DNA of 63,849 bases, filler included, from Octopus bimaculoides (GCF_001194135.2; 3 parts of 3 records of this genome joined end to end with filler, not necessarily neighbours in it), one strand, 5' to 3'. Numbered from the whole stretch's first letter, positions 39,085 through 51,305 are shown. Numbers and translations: made by a program. Notes: generated by a model from the letters alone, not told the origin.

Positions 39085-39475
39085 TTTTCTTGTTCATATA
39101 TCTTTATTAAGAAACATTTCTCATGGCCCCAGAAGACAAAATGGAAAAGGCGTTGCCCCAGAGAGTGACAAGGGAGATGTGCTTGAACAGTCATTCTGAG
39201 TCATGGGGTTACACACTTGCAGACAGCCATTTCCACTCCAATAGCGGTGAACAGGGATATGGTCTGGGGGCCAAGAATGCCAGAGGTCTCCACTGCCACA
39301 GGCTTGACCATAAAGCTATCAGAGAATGACCAATACCTTGACAGTTTGCTTTTCTCAGCCTAATGAGCAGTGGGGCTTGTGTTGGTAACTGACCGCACCA
39401 AGTTGCCACTGGAGAAGGTGTCACAGTATGTGGAATCTCAGATGAGGGGCCTTATGTTTGATAGGGAAAACTGAA
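39085..39475 (-). mobile_element. 3' end of a CRE-like (RLE-type) non-LTR retrotransposon
   Basis: Minus-strand frames give *DSTYCDTFSSGNL...AH*AEKSKLSRY...FMVKPVAVETSGILGPQT...E*LFKHISLVTLWGNAFSIL. This is a decayed form of the RLE pattern WD.T..DT...AE..K..KY...P.A.ET.G..G...QR.S....GNA..IL. AATAAA and an A-rich tail follow. Confidence 0.75.
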
Positions 39476-41380
39476 AACTAAAGGGTTAAGATTTGATAAG
39501 ATAAGTTAAAACTTTACTACAATTAGTGTATCACTGGCATATTGTTGGTCTCATAAATGTTTTAGTCAGCTTGCCTTACTGAATGAGAACAGCTCCCACT
39601 TCTAGTTTCATGTTGAATAAAGATCATACAACTCTAAGATCAAATTTTCCAACACTATTAACCCTTTTTATACTAACCTGCCTCAAACTGCCCTTGGTTT
39701 TTTTTAATATTAAACTTTATGTTTTAAAGTGATCTAAATTTAAAATTTCCATCAAAATTTCAAGTTAATTTGTGTTTCAAATACCAGTTTAATAACAACT
39801 AAGTTATTTTAATAAGTTCTTCATTATTTTCTAGAGCAATTGAAACAAAAGCAGTATATTTCAACAGAAATCCTCATCATCGTTTAATGTCCGTTTTCCA
39901 TGCTGGCATGGGTTGGACGATTTGACTGAGGACTGGCAAGCCAGAAGGCTGCACCAGGCTCCAATCTGATCTGGCAAAGTTTCTACAACTGGATGCCCTT
40001 CCTAACGCCAACCACTCCGAGAGTGTAGTGGGTGCTTTTACGTGCCACCAGCACGAGGGCCAGTCACACAGTACTGGCAACGGCCACACTCAAAAAGGTG
40101 TTTTTTTTACATGCCAATATGGTAGCAAAAGTCTTAAAATGATCAAAATCACTTGACCTAGTAGCTATGGTGTTGGAATCACTCATGGTGATCACGAGAT
40201 TGCAGGTTTGGGAAAAGCGTTGTGTCCTTGAGCAAGATACTTCATTACACATTTTGCTTAGCTGAAAAGGAGTACCAGTAAAGTGCTGAACTAGACCTCT
40301 CCAACTTTTTGGAAGTCACACCTTCAATGTTTTGCTGGGCCAAGGATGGGAGAACTGAAAGGGTGAGAAGGTGCCTATTTTCAGCTGATGTCAAAGCAAA
40401 TACTAAATGAAATATTTACCAATAATAGCAAACATTGAAACTATAAACAGTTGAAGTATTCATTACAGTGAACTGGATGCTTTACGTTTTACTATTTGGG
40501 TATACCATGGTTATGAGTTCAATTATTATCAAAGTTCAATTATTATCAATGTCAGTTTTACTCTTTATAATTTCCTTAATACACCATCATCATCATCATC
40601 ATCATGTTCATTAATACATCATCATCATCATCCTTTAATGTTTTCTATGGATGTTAAAGGATGATGGTGATGATGTATTTGTGAACAGGTATGTAAAACA
40701 ATTAATGAATGTGTGATACATGCCACAAGGTCATACTCACTTGTGAGTGATGGCTGTTAGTAAAAATGATCAAATCTGTAATAACAATTCCATGCACAGA
40801 AAAATATTGTAAACCAATCAAAATTCTGTTCTGTGGTCAATTTTATTGACAGTTGCCACTTCTAATGCAGACAAGCAACATTTTGAAATATCTTTTGAAA
40901 CATTTAATACTTCTTTAACAGAACTAAGCAAATAAAAATATCTTTCTTATCGCACGCTGGTGTATCTATATCAAGGTTTTCTATTGATAGATATCATAGT
41001 TATGATTTTATAGGCAATGAAATTATAAAGGAGGAGGAGGAGATTGACATGGTGTTAGTGGTGTTAGTGGTGACACGCTTGCAGAATCATTGCCATACAA
41101 GACAAAATGCAAAGTGGCATTTCTTCTGCACTTTATGAATTATGTTTTAGACTATGAAATTATAAACAATAAAACTGACATTGATAATAATTGAACTCAT
41201 AACTATGGTATAGCCAAGTAGTAAAAGGTAAAGTATCCAGTTAACTGTGGTTAATAGTTTAACAGATTCCTCTTTACAGTCTCAATGTTTCGTATTTATT
41301 TGGTAAATGTTTTACGTAATATTTGATTCAGCATCAGCTGAACAAAATAAATTGAATTAGAAAAGGAAAATAAGACTGAC

Positions 41381-41495
41381 TTGATGGTGAATAAGTGTAG
41401 GCTTCCTCAAGAATTGTAGGATCAACAAAAGTTTTCAATATGGTCCTTAAACATCTCTGATCCCAGTTATCTGTTATACGACCTCCATAAGTAAT
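41381..41495 (-). CDS. DNAH6: DNAH6-like exon
   Basis: tttcAG / GTCAGT; 115 nt = [38 protein letters not shown]; conserved YGGR.TD.WD.R motif. Confidence 0.94.
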
Positions 41496-41789
41496 CTGAA
41501 AAAAAAAGAAACAACATATTTAAACACATTCATGTACAATGTCTATAGTAATATGAAGAGTATATTTTTTTAAGACAGCAAGCTGGCAGAATTGTTAGCA
41601 CACCAGGCAAAATGCTTAATGGCATTTCGTCCAGCCCTACGTTCTGAGTTCAAATTATGCTGAGCTTGACTTTGCCTTTCATCTTTTCAAGGTCGATAAA
41701 AAATAAGTACTGGGGTCGGTGTAATCAATTTACACCTGCCTTCAAAATTGCTGGCCTTGTGCCTAAATTTTAAACCATTATTATTATTG

Positions 41790-42846
41790 TTATTACCTCC
41801 GCCTACGTGAAGATGGAGGTATAGTTTTCAGTCATGTTTGCTTGTTTGTTTGTCCGTGAACAAGATATTTCAAGAACCACTGGATGGTTTCAGATGAAAC
41901 TTTGAGGGATGTTTGGCTTTGTAGCTGGCACAAACTGATTAGATTTTAGGATCGATCTGGTACTAGACAAGGATTCTGGATGATCTGTTATATTTACTTT
42001 ACATGAAGTATTACGATCTTAACATTGACTTTCAAGTCTTTCTCTGATTATCTCCCTTGAAAGCACACATGGTTTCCACGTAAGTTATGGTGGTGTTACT
42101 GTTTCCAAAGTTTTATTCCTGTTTCTCTATTATTAATTTTACTAGCATCTCTATCTTAGTAGAAACTGATGAATAAAGAAATCAAACTACATAAACAAAC
42201 AGCAGCAAAACCGTTCAGAAATTAAATAACACTAACATATTCAGTAACAATAATAAATTTAATTTATCCTCGACAATTTTTAGTTTTACTAATTTTGAAT
42301 ATATCACTCCTGTTTAAAACCTTTTACCTACTTGAAAATTATATTTCTAGCTCTGCCTTGAAGGAAGCTTTACTTCTTCAACTCAAGTTTTTGTGCGCAA
42401 CAATGTTGTTAAACCCCTGTTAACAGCACCGTATGCACGTCCCTTCCGTTTTCTTTCAGGCACAGATAAATTTTTCACTATAGACCTTAATGGTCATAAA
42501 GACACTACATCAGTGGATAGACTAAAAATGGCCTTCATAGAGAAAACCGTCCCTGTTCCCACTGCAGATGACACACACGCGCCATTACAAACATGGCCCA
42601 CACACCCACCTTCACATTCCATGACTACCATTGGGATCGATCAGGTACCAGACAAGGATTCTGGATTATTTTTCTGGCTCTTTTACTTAATTTTTGAGAG
42701 TGGTTGGGTTCATTTTTAGTATAACCGTTTGTGAGAGCAGTCAAGTTTATTTCAGATATTCTCATTTTAAAAATCATCTCTGGCTAATCGTTGAGAGGAC
42801 ATTGGTTTTACCTTAGTGTAGGTTTGAGCACTTTGAGTGCTTTGTT
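41790..42846 (+). mobile_element. Helentron-associated (HINE/DINE-like) element, copy 1, with ~650-bp internal insert
   Basis: 5' tattacctccgcc hairpin, (GTTT)n-GTCC block, gatgaaactt core, 3' end ...ggtttgagcactttgagtgc; co-linear with copy 2 except for 41982-42633. Confidence 0.7.
42390..42545 (+). pseudogene. Gypsy/Ty3 integrase C-terminal fragment
   Basis: VRNNVVKPLLTAPYARPFRFLSGTDKFFTIDLNGHKDTTSVDRLKMAFIE resembles the Gypsy integrase tail (VR.D.V..PL..PY.GPF.V....DK.F.I..NG..DTVS.DRLK.A). Confidence 0.75.
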
Positions 42847-42855
42847 ATTATTGTT

Positions 42856-43232
42856 ATTATGACCTCTGCCTTCACTAAGGCGGAAGCATTGTTTTCAGTC
42901 ATGTTTGTTTGTTTGTTTGTCCAGGAACAAGATATCTCAAGAACCACTGGATGGATTCAGATGAAACTTTCAGGAATGCTTAGCCTTACAACTGGCACAA
43001 ACTGATTAGATTTTGGGATCGATCCAGTACCAGACAAGGATTTGGGATTATTTTTCCAGTTTTTTTTTGACTTAATTTTTGAGAGCAGTCGGGTTCATTT
43101 TTAGTATTCTCGTTTGTGAGAGCAGTGGAGTTTATTTTAGATATTCTCATTTTAAAAATCATCTCTGGTTAATTGTTGAGAGAACGTTGGTGTTGCCTTG
43201 GCAGAGGTTTGTGCTCTTTGAGTGCTCTTGTT
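42856..43232 (+). mobile_element. Helentron-associated (HINE/DINE-like) element, copy 2, uninterrupted
   Basis: Subterminal inverted repeat ACCTCTGCC / GGCAGAGGT, 5' hairpin, (GTTT)n, 3' short hairpin, T-rich flanks. Confidence 0.7.
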
Positions 43233-44278
43233 ATTATTATTATTATTATTAAGATGGTGAACTAACAGAATCATTAGTGGCATTTCATCCGTCTTCACGT
43301 TCTGAGCTCAAATTCTGCTGAGATTGACTTTACCTTTCCTCTGTTTGGGATCGATAAAATAAGTACCAGTCGAACACTGGGGTTGAGATAATCAATTTAC
43401 ATACTCCCCTGAACTTGCTGGTCTTGTGCCAAAATTTGAAACCAATATGAAAAATATATTTATAAAGGATTATAAATTAAGAGTTTTACATGTTTCACAG
43501 CTTTAAGCAAACTAGTAGCCATAATCTACACAAAACCTTATGTCTATGCTGCTAATTAAATAGTCAAACAATCATATTAATTAACATCTTTAAACACAAA
43601 TTTATATCAACTACATTCAGTATTTCAACTATAACAGTTTATCTTCACAGTTGTGAGGCTGTTTGCAGGTATCTGTTGTGCACATATATGCTGATTCTTT
43701 TCACTTCTCATCATTGCATCCAATTTCACATATAATCCCACCCAAAACTCAGAGCGGGAGTGGATCATACATGGAAAGATAATATTGAACTGAAAGAATC
43801 AGTAACTTATTTAATTATTCAATATTTGTATAAAACTTTTCTTAAAATACTATGTTTTTCTTTTTTTTTCTTTTATTTCCTTATTTTCAGTACAATTCAA
43901 ATTTTCGAAAAATCTAAACAAGCAAAATAATTTGTAGTCGAATAAACTGAAGCGAACAGAATTTGTCTTTTACAAAGGAAGAAACCTGCCATTAGTTTTG
44001 AGAAGCTTCCCAAAACAGATAATTTAAAAGTAACACGACCGTAATTTTTAGACAAATTAATGTTAACTTATTAAAATGAGTGGATCATTAAAATTAGAGA
44101 TAATTTATGCAAAGAGAAGAGCACAAAATTAGATAGCAACTAAGATTATTTTCATATTTACAAGTAAACTATGAATATATTGCACGTAAAAACTTAAATT
44201 GGCTGCACACATCATGGAAAAAGATAAGTAAAGAGTATCTATTTAAAAGTGAGATATTCATTAATTAAAATCTTTTAC

Positions 44279-44380
44279 CTCTCCAGTGATGTATGAAAGT
44301 GTATCCCATGGAATATCTTTAAGACAAAACAATTGAAAATTCAACAAGGCACATTCTCGATCACTGTCAGCAAAATCATA
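44279..44380 (-). CDS. DNAH6: DNAH6-like exon
   Basis: tttcAG / GTAAAA; 102 nt = [34 protein letters not shown]. The SDRECALLN segment matches DNAH6 as recalled. Confidence 0.93.
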
Positions 44381-45142
44381 CTGAAATAAAAACAAAATCT
44401 AGATAATATCAGGAAACATTTCAATATCGACAACAAAGAAATATAAAAGATAAAAGTGATTAAAAGATAAGTCCACAACAGCAAGGTACTAATGCAACTT
44501 CTGATGCTGCATGATACACCTAAAACCAAGGGTTTTTTGAGAGCACAATTCTGGCAAGAAGTCTCAGAAAGTTTTTTACTTAGAGATCTTTTATTCTGAC
44601 TGTGGCTATGCTAGGGTACTTCCTTGAGGAACTTCAGTCAAACTAATCGTATCCCAGTACTTCTTTTTAAGCCTAGTACTTATTCTACCAGTCTCTTTTG
44701 CCAAACCACTAAGTTACAGGGACATAAACGCACAAAAACAGTTGCCCAGCATTGATGAGGGACAGACAAAAACATACACACATACAGATTATATATAGAT
44801 TATATATATATGTTTGTGTGTGTGTGAATACATACAACAGGCATCTTTCAGTTTCTGTCTACCACATCCACTCACAATGCTTTGATCAGCTTAAAGCTAT
44901 AATAGAAAACAATTGCCCAAGGCGTTATGTAGTGGGACTGACCAAAGCCATGTGGTTGAGAAGCAAACTTCTTACCACACAGCCACACCTCTCTCAAAAA
45001 CTCAATAAAGGAAACATTGATTTAAACTTTTATAATAGAAAAGAAGTGAAACGTTCCATATGAAAAAACACTCCATATAGAAGAAAAAAATATGACTGAG
45101 ATAAAAAAAACAACATGAACTAAATATTTCAATAACACATAC

Positions 45143-45243
45143 CCTAATGTTCCATCCAAGAGGTCCAAATTTTTTTCTTTCTTGTACAATAGCATGGAAA
45201 AAGCAAATTCCAAACACTAATTTACACCAGTCTTGTGCTAAAA
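45143..45243 (-). CDS. DNAH6: DNAH6-like exon
   Basis: tttcAG / GTATGT; 101 nt = (I)[33 protein letters not shown]; [17 protein letters not shown] dynein motif. Confidence 0.95.
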
Positions 45244-45354
45244 CTGAAACAATAACAGAATTCATGTAAAAATAGTAATTTTGTATTTGTGCCTCTGTTC
45301 ATATATTTGGCCTGTAAATGCAAGTCTTAAAGATTATTCGTTGTAGGCTTAAGA

Positions 45355-45975
45355 ATTCTTTCTACTACAGGCATAAAGCCTAGAATTTTGTGCGGAGGGG
45401 CTAGTTGATTATATTGACTCCAATGCTCAACTGGTGATTATTTTATTGATCTTGAAAGAGTGAAAGGCAAAGTCAACCAGAGCAACATTCAAACTTAAAA
45501 TGTTTAACTAGAACAAATGCTTTTTAATCATTTTGGCTGGCACAGCAGCAATTCTGCCAGCTCCCCAGTGCCACATAGATACTAGGGGGAGGAGACTAGT
45601 TGATTACATCAACCCCAGTGTTTCACTGGTACTTAATTTATCAACCCTGAAAGGATGAAAAGCAAAGTCAACCTTGATGGAATTTGAACTCAGAATGTAA
45701 AGCATTTTGCCTGGCATGCTAACGATTCTGCCAGCCCGCTGCCTTAGTTGTAAACATAAGGTTTTCTAGTATAGGCACAAGGCCTGAAATTTGTGGGGAG
45801 AGGTTTAGTAAATTACATCACCCCAGTACTCAACTGGTACTTAATTTATTGACCCCCAAAAGGATGAAAAGCAAAGTCAACCTCGGCAGAATTTGAACTC
45901 AGAACATAGCGATGGGTGAAACACAGCTTAGCATTTCATCCTGTATGCTAACGATTCTGCCAGCTCGCTACCTTA
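45355..45975 (-). mobile_element. Head-to-tail array of three family-B SINEs
   Basis: Copies at about 45355-45560, 45590-45745 and 45755-45975. Further copies at about 18560-18780(-), 41574-41780(+), 43252-43447(+), 49460-49680(-), 50685-50895(-), 52795-53010(-) and 53020-53160(-). Confidence 0.85.
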
Positions 45976-46690
45976 GTTGTAGACATAATAACAACATCAA
46001 CACAGCTCTAGTAGGACAAGACAGCAGTCAGTCTACTAATTAAGCATCAATAAACTTTGCTAAAATTGACAGAAGTGTCCACTTGGGAAATCTATCCCCT
46101 ATCTTAGTATGAACCAAGTACCATGAGTGCTGTCGATTTATAAAAATTCTAAGACATGTCTGAAAGGTGAGATGATCAAATTATTATGAAAGTGATTGAT
46201 TTGGCATTTGTCATCCATTGAAGACCAAGCTTCAAAGAATAAACTTCAAGTAATCAATATTATGAAACATTTTATGATGGTCTAATGAAAAATTTTTCAT
46301 ATGATTGGTAATGGATACTGTAGTCCTTATTATAACATACAGTGTAAAACAAAAAAGATGGGAAGGCCACTTCTGGAATGTCCTTTTACTAAAAAAAGGT
46401 CAGAAAGTGAATGTGGTTAAACAATATATTTTATGGTAAGCCGGTTAGGAAGTCTTTATGTGATCACTCAACCTGCTAGAAATAGCAACCAAATCTTCTA
46501 CAAGCTCAATCCTACTGGTTTAAAAATAGAAGGACATTTTAGATATGTGCCTGAAATAAAAAGACAGGTTGGTGTTGACAAGATTATCATTGATCATAAG
46601 TCTGCTCAACCAGATCCAACCTGGGGCTAAACAACAACAACATCATATTTTATCACATTCTGAATATAATAATAAAATAATATGAGCAAC

Positions 46691-47085
46691 AGGCGTAGGA
46701 GTGGCTGTGTGGTAAGTAGCTTGCTTACAAACCAAATGGTTCTGGGTTCAGTCTCACTGCGTGGCACCTTGGGCAAGTGTCTTCTACTATAGCCTCGGGC
46801 CGACCAAAGCCTTGTGAGTGGATTTGGTAGACGGAAACTGAAAGAAGCCCGTCGTATATATGTATATATATGTTTGTGTGTCTGTGTTTGTTCCCCCAAC
46901 ATCGCTTGACAACCGATGCTGGTGTGTTTACGTCCCCGTAACTTAGTGGTTCGGCAAAAGAGACCGATAGAATAAGTACTAGGCTTACAAAGAATAAGTC
47001 CTGGGGTCGATTTGCTCGACTAAAGGTGGTGCTCCAGCATGGCCACAGTCAAAAAGACTGAAACAAATAAAAGAATAAAAGAGAA
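46691..47085 (+). mobile_element. Full-length tRNA-derived SINE (family A, CORE-like, resembles octopus OR-type SINEs)
   Basis: A-box-like gtggctgtgtggtaag, B-box-like gggttcagtctc, CORE-like ggcaccttgggcaagtgt, internal (TA/TG)n, A-rich tail, short agcaac duplication. Family naming is from recall. Confidence 0.85.
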
Positions 47086-47144
47086 CAGCAACATATGAAT
47101 GAAACATCAGTAGCCAATTGTGTGAGAAACAGAAGTTTACTTAC

Positions 47145-47385
47145 TGTGTTCTTCAAAGAAAGCGGTTGTGATAGTGCCAAATGTTCTTTTTAGATTTGCT
47201 CTGAGACCTTTCGGTGGTTCATTAGTTACTTTGATGCTGTTCTGAAGGACACTGATGGGAAAATGTTTTGCTGGCATCGAACTTAAGAACAAACGAAAAT
47301 CACAATGAATTTCATCAGGTTCTTCCACTAAATTCCTGATAATATTTTCCATAGATGGCATCCATGACTCAGCTAAGTGGCAGTT
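47145..47385 (-). CDS. DNAH6: DNAH6-like exon (AAA6 region)
   Basis: ctcaaAG / GTAAGT; 241 nt = [80 protein letters not shown]. Confidence 0.95.
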
Positions 47386-47464
47386 CTTTGAGTAGATGAA
47401 ATGAAATAAGAATGGTAAAACAAAAAGTATAACTGCAGCATTGGCTATAATACATTTTACTTAG

Positions 47465-47810
47465 AAGAGGGTGCTGAAAAGGTCCTGACTTTAAAGGTAT
47501 CACGAAAGGCCTGATTGGAGGCCCAACCTTCCAAGTTCTTTTACAGGGCTTTAAAAAACTGAAGGACCGTTGCAGTAAGTATGTGAATCTGAGAGGGGAA
47601 TACTCTTTCTTTTACTTGTTTCAGTCATTTGACTGCGGCCATGCTGGAGCACCACCTTTTTATTTGAGCAAATCGACCCCAGGACTTATTCTTTGTAAGC
47701 CTAGTACTTATTCTATCGGTCTCTTTTGCCGAACCGCTAAGTGACGGGGACATAAACACACCAGCATCGGTTGTCAAGCAATGTTGGGGGGACAAACACA
47801 GACACGCAAT

Positions 47811-47860
<50 letters not shown>

Positions 47861-48635
47861 NNNNNNNNNNNNNNNNNNNNNNNNNNNNNNNNNNNNNNNN
47901 NNNNNNNNNNNNNNNNNNNNNNNNNNNNNNNNNNNNNNNNNNNNNNNNNNNNNNNNNNNNNNNNNNNNNNNNNNNNNNNNNNNNNNNNNNNNNNNNNNNN
48001 NNNNNNNNNNNNNNNNNNNNNNNNNNNNNNNNNNNNNNNNNNNNNNNNNNNNNNNNNNNNNNNNNNNNNNNNNNNNNNNNNNNNNNNNNNNNNNNNNNNN
48101 NNNNNNNNNNNNNNNNNNNNNNNNNNNNNNNNNNNNNNNNNNNNNNNNNNNNNNNNNNNNNNNNNNNNNNNNNNNNNNNNNNNNNNNNNNNNNNNNNNNN
48201 NNNNNNNNNNNNNNNNNNNNNNGTCCACGTTAGTGGTCAACGTTATTTTTAAAATGTACCTTAATCCGCTGAGATTGCAGATAATATTTCTGAATCTCTT
48301 TGATTCTTTAAATGTGCTGGCCCCCTGATAATTAATCAATATTAATTAATATATTAATATATGACTAATTACCAGATCTTATAATAAATATATATATATA
48401 TATATATATACGACGGGCTTCTTTCAGTTTCCGTTTACCAAATCCACTCACAAGGCTTTGGTCAGAAAAAGACACTTGCCCAAAGTGCCACGCAGTGGGA
48501 CTGAACCCAAAACCATGTGGTTGGTAAGCAAGCTACTTACCACACAGCCACTCCTGCGCCTATGTGTTGAATAAAATCATAATTAACTGATCCTCCTGTT
48601 ATTCAAAGCCAGGAACTTTTCAGGACTCCCTCGTA
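47465..48635 (+). mobile_element. Internally deleted mariner-derived element (MITE-like) hosting the family-A SINE
   Basis: TIRs gagggtgctgaaaaggtcctgacttt / aaagccaggaacttttcaggactccctcgta. The residual mariner C-terminus GFKKLKDRCSKYVNLRGEY is split by the SINE and resumes as VE* at about 48565. Confidence 0.75.
47605..48562 (-). mobile_element. Family-A SINE (reverse), interrupted by a gap and an extra insert in its microsatellite
   Basis: 3' half at 47605-47860 is the reverse complement of 46880-47075; 5' half at about 48390-48562 ends ...ccacacagccactcctgcgcct. Confidence 0.85.
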
Positions 48636-48787
48636 AAAACATCTTTAATTGTCTACCAATAGTTTTCAGTATATCAAGCAACCAATTTTTTTTATAATTG
48701 TTGGTGTTATGATTTCTAACAACAATACAAGGTGATGATTTTGTATGTATGTAAGTGTGCATGATGTACATATGAATGTGCATATTT

Positions 48788-49158
48788 GTTGGCACTCCAT
48801 CGCTTATGACGTCGAGGGTTCCAGTTTGATCCGATCAACGGAACAGCCTGCTCATGAAATTAATGTGCAAGTGGCTGAGCACTCCACAGACACGTGTACC
48901 CTTAATGTAGTTCTCAGGGATATTCAGCGTGACACAGTGTGACAAGGCTAACCCTTTGAATTACAGAAACAGAAAGTAAGAACGAGAGAAAGTTGTGGTG
49001 AAAGAGTACAGCAAGGTTCGCCACCATCCCCTGCCAGAGCCTCGTGGAGCTTTAGGTGTTTTCGCTCAATCAACACTCACAACGCCCGGTCTGGAAATCG
49101 AAACCGCGATCCTATGACCGCGAGTCCGCTGCCCTAACCACTGGGTCATTGCGCCTCC
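48788..49158 (-). mobile_element. tRNA-headed SINE with family-D head and a different 3' tail
   Basis: The first ~190 nt match 58224-58415; from about 48964 downward the sequence is unrelated to the 58k copy. Confidence 0.8.
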
Positions 49159-50349
49159 ACAGATGTGCATATACTGGAGTGGAAACAGTCAGTTAAGTCA
49201 ACCTCTATAAGTAACATGTATGTATAATGTAACTTTATAAACTCTGGGATGATGAAAGCCGAAGCCAACACTATGCACCATGAAATCAAAATGTAAAAAG
49301 ATAAAGACAATATATCAGTTTTACAGTAATGATCAAAGGAGTGACAAGATAAATAGTTTTTGAAAATAGGGTTTTCTGTCCCAAATAAGCCCTTTTGCAT
49401 TCAATATACTGCAACTGTCTGTTGTAATTCTCTTTTCCTACAATGTTATAATGCCCAAGACATTGATTTTGGCACAGGGCCAGTAATTTCAGGAGAGGGA
49501 GTAAGTTGATTGCATTGACACCACCCCCATACTCAACTAGTACTTATTTTATTGACCCCCAAAAGGATGAAAGGTAAAGTTGACCCCGGCAGAATTTGAT
49601 CTTGGAACATAAAGATGGACAAAATGTCATTAAGCATCTCACCCAGTGTGCTAACAGTTCTGCTAGTTCACTGCCTTGATGAAGCAAAAGACATTAAACG
49701 ATGAATAAAGGAAAATTGTAATATTTAAACCTTTTCCCAAAACTATCAGCAATGAACTAAATCTGGTTTCAGTTACAGACTCAACTCACCAAAACCCATT
49801 TCATTGTACTCACTAGACATATAGCTAGTATGATGATTTATACTTCTTTCATTGGTTTCAGTCATGGAACTGTAGCCATGGTAGGTACTGCCCTCGAGGG
49901 TTTTAGTTGATTATATCAACTTTGTTCAGTACGTATCTTATCATTCTTGTAAGTTACAAAATACAAAGTAAACATTGGCATAAGAAGTGATAATTCAGTC
50001 TGACATTAATGCCAAAAGCTCTTTCTAGCTCAGTGTATCGATTCTCACTGATATAAACACACGCATGCACTCATACATAACAGGCTTTTGCACTATTTCT
50101 GTCAACCAAATTCTGCTCAGAAGATATTGATTAGTCACATGCTATGACAAGATGTTTGGCCAAAATGCTGTGCTTTGAGATCAAACCTGGACTCACATGA
50201 TTGTAAAGTAAACTGCTTAACCACAAAACCATGGCAATATTTTGCATAGAGACTGATTAGTGATTTTTGATTTAAGTATGAGGCCACTAATTTTAGAGAA
50301 TGGTATGATAGATTTAGTCAACCCCAGTACTCGACTGGTTCTTATTTAC

Positions 50350-50443
50350 CTGTAAAAACACCCAGTTACCTAACACTGTAGCATCTTTAATCATTGTCTG
50401 TGCAATTGGACCTTGTCCTTGCCCAAGAGATATTGCCTGTAAT
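50350..50443 (-). CDS. DNAH6: DNAH6-like exon (AAA6 region)
   Basis: tttcAG / GTAAAT; 94 nt = (R)LQAISLGQGQGPIAQTMIKDATVLGNWVFLQ; SLGQGQGPIA motif. Confidence 0.95.
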
Positions 50444-51114
50444 CTGAAAAGGAAAGAAAAATTTTTAAAAAAGCAGGATTCAGTCATACAATATATAATT
50501 TACAATTGGAATCTTGGGATACTTCGTATAATATTTGGTTCTATTTGCACATGAGTAATGGTTGGGTATATCAGCTGATGCTAATAAGTAAATTCTTGTT
50601 CCTTTTGGTAAGAGGTAGCATATATTCAATTTCTTGAAATACATACATTGCTGATACTAATAAATAAATAAATAAATAAAGTGATTTCAAATTTTGGCAC
50701 AAGGCCAGCAATTTCAGGCAGTGGAGTAAATCAATTGCATCGACCCCAGTACTCAACTGGTACTTATTTTATGGACCCCGAAAGGATGAAAGGCAACATC
50801 TACTTCAGCTGAATTTGAACTCAGAACATAATGACAGCAAAATGCCACTAAATATTTTGCCTGACCTGCTAACAATTCTGCCAGCTCGCTGCCTTGAATA
50901 AATAAATATATCATTAAGAATGAAATCAAACTACATCTGGAGGTGTTTGTTTTCACTGCACACAAAGGAATGTTACACCATTATGTCATCACAGATATAT
51001 TAAACTGATCAACTGAAATAGAATGCTACCAAGAACTCCATTGTTGCTTCTGATAATTGTTCTAACATATTATTACATAATATTAATAAAAAATGGAATA
51101 AAGATTCAACAAAC

Positions 51115-51305
51115 CGATTCAAGTATTCTTTGTCTTTAGCAAATTTGAGAAATGCCCCCATAGGATCTGAACCAGAGCTTAGAATAAATATCAGTGGAAT
51201 GTTCTTTCTCATGTCATTATATAACTGTGGTAAACTGAGAGCTGGACTTTCAATATAGACTGGACCAAGATTTTCACAAACAAAATTAGTAATTGCTAAT
51301 ATAGT
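51115..51305 (-). CDS. DNAH6: DNAH6-like exon
   Basis: tttccAG / GTTTGT; 191 nt = TILAITNFVCENLGPVYIESPALSLPQLYNDMRKNIPLIFILSSGSDPMGAFLKFAKDKEYLN(R). The GSDPMGAF segment matches DNAH6 as recalled. Confidence 0.94.
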
